This document shows, one piece after another, positions 62,767 through 64,000 of a DNA stretch of 64,000 nucleotides. The stretch is from Phoronis australis (taxonomy: Eukaryota > Animalia > Phoronida), in NCBI GenBank assembly GCA_002633005.1, contig NMRA01000149.1:766737-830736 (forward strand), read 5' to 3'. Positions within the stretch are counted from its first letter, which is position 1, and each line of letters begins with the position of its first letter. The translations under genes and the position numbers were made by a program. Below the pieces are notes generated by a model. The model made no database searches and was not told the origin of the DNA. It saw only the letters and a list, made by a program, of their open reading frames with translations.

Positions 62767-64000
62767 TGTAGTATAGCCGATGTTTTGGATAAAATGCGAT
62801 TTATTCTGAAAACGGACTAAAACAATACAACGCTAAATGGCTGCTCACTGGAGACTCCCAAAGTGAGGCTGTCAACTCCAATACTAAAACTACTCAATAG
62901 ATGTCACTGCAAGACAGTACATCACACCCCTCCCCATCCCGTTAAAGTATGCCACGTTAGTTACGTCCATTTTAAGTGTAGTAATTAATGTCTTTTCAAC
63001 AAAAGTCTGACTAGTATTTGATTAAAATGTCAACGAACTGGTTAACTACTCCAACCCCTTAGTGTCTACAAGTTCAGTTTATCAACAGGCTTCCGTACTC
63101 GCACGGAACGCCGGAGAGGGGGGGCCTCAGGGCTAGCACTCTCCACAGCGCCGTTTGTTTCAGCAACCACAGCCCCTGACCGGGCCACCTCTGCAACCGG
63201 GCCTATTTCGGAAGACGCTACTGAGTCTGCTGCGGTTCAACACCAACATCCACGCGCGCCGACACCTCATGCTCCGAGGGCACACCTTTAAACATCTGGT
63301 CNCTGACCGGGTCACCTCTGCAACCGGGCCTATTTCGGAAGACGCTACTGAGCTTGGGGTCTGCTGCGGTTCAACACCAACATCCACGCGCGCCGACACT
63401 TCATGCTCCGAGGGCACACCTTTAAACATCTGGTCGTGATGGCGTCTGAACACTCGGCCATCCTGACAGCGAATCCTACATGACACCGGGCCAGTAATAT
63501 CTTCCACGGTGCCTAACAAATTGGGCGGCCCATACTGAGAGTAATTTCGAAAGTAAACACTATTTCCCAGTTGGTATTCCTGCAGCTTATTTGCTCCACT
63601 GTACTGCCTCATCTGCCTACGCTGGATGTCTTCGACCTTCTTGTTGACATCAGGCAACAACCTATCAAAACGTGACACCAGCCAGCTCACAAGGAGCAAC
63701 TCCGGTCGATGAGTGTGATGTGATACGGTAGTCAAACAAAAAACGCAACAACTTGTCCTCAAGGGACCCGGCACACTTCTTCATCGCTTCCTTAAAAACG
63801 CGAACAGCACGTTCCGCCAATCCATTTGTGGCGGGATGGTACGGAGCCCCCGTGACGTGTCGTACTCCATTAGACATGAGAAACTTTTTAAACTCCTCAC
63901 TCGTAAAGCAGGTCCCGTTGTCCAAGACAATCAAGTCTGGCAAACCGTGCGTACTGAACAATGCTCTCAACTTCGAAATTGTTACCGCGGAGGACGAGCT
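62767..64000 (-). mobile_element. Ty3/Gypsy LTR retrotransposon 3' end (K02A2.6/Mag-like integrase, PPT, 160-bp LTR)
   Basis: HGLPDLIVLDNGTCF, APYHPATNGLAERAV, GPVS; PPT gggatggggagggg followed by LTR TG..CA at 62926-62767 containing AATAAA; frameshifted. Confidence 0.92.

Noticed and set aside
63170-63435. ~130-bp duplication in the Gypsy pol tail
   Set aside because: The junction is at a single n (63302); likely an assembly artefact.

Overview
Eukaryotic, AT-rich, repeat-rich genomic DNA from an invertebrate animal (a lophotrochozoan such as a mollusc is plausible but is inference). The main feature is an intact-looking nuclear gene for the phage-type mitochondrial RNA polymerase (POLRMT) on the + strand. 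I traced 28 GT-AG coding exons by hand from 3995 to the stop at 39884, with consistent phases, giving about 1313 codons. They include PPR motifs, DFRGR, motif A ([12 protein letters not shown]), motif B ([14 protein letters not shown]), motif C (SVHDCFWTH) and the C-terminal YFFS. The first exon(s) with the start codon and targeting peptide could not be placed. The introns and the downstream 24 kb hold many transposon relics: Helentron/DINE-1-like non-autonomous elements, hAT, piggyBac, Kolobok/THAP, a Sola-like element, two LINEs and a Gypsy 3' end with LTR. Two exons of a probable minus-strand single-pass membrane protein gene lie near 59-61 kb. The two most striking unexplained patterns are (1) Helentron-type elements whose internal ~150-bp repeats each carry a near-consensus CTCF motif, giving about 25 co-oriented sites inside POLRMT introns, and (2) intronic tandem repeats built from POLRMT's own exon ends and splice sites. 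Three near-identical duplications next to N gaps look like assembly artefacts. No CRISPR, rRNA or tRNA was seen. All coordinates were read by eye; repeat boundaries are approximate.
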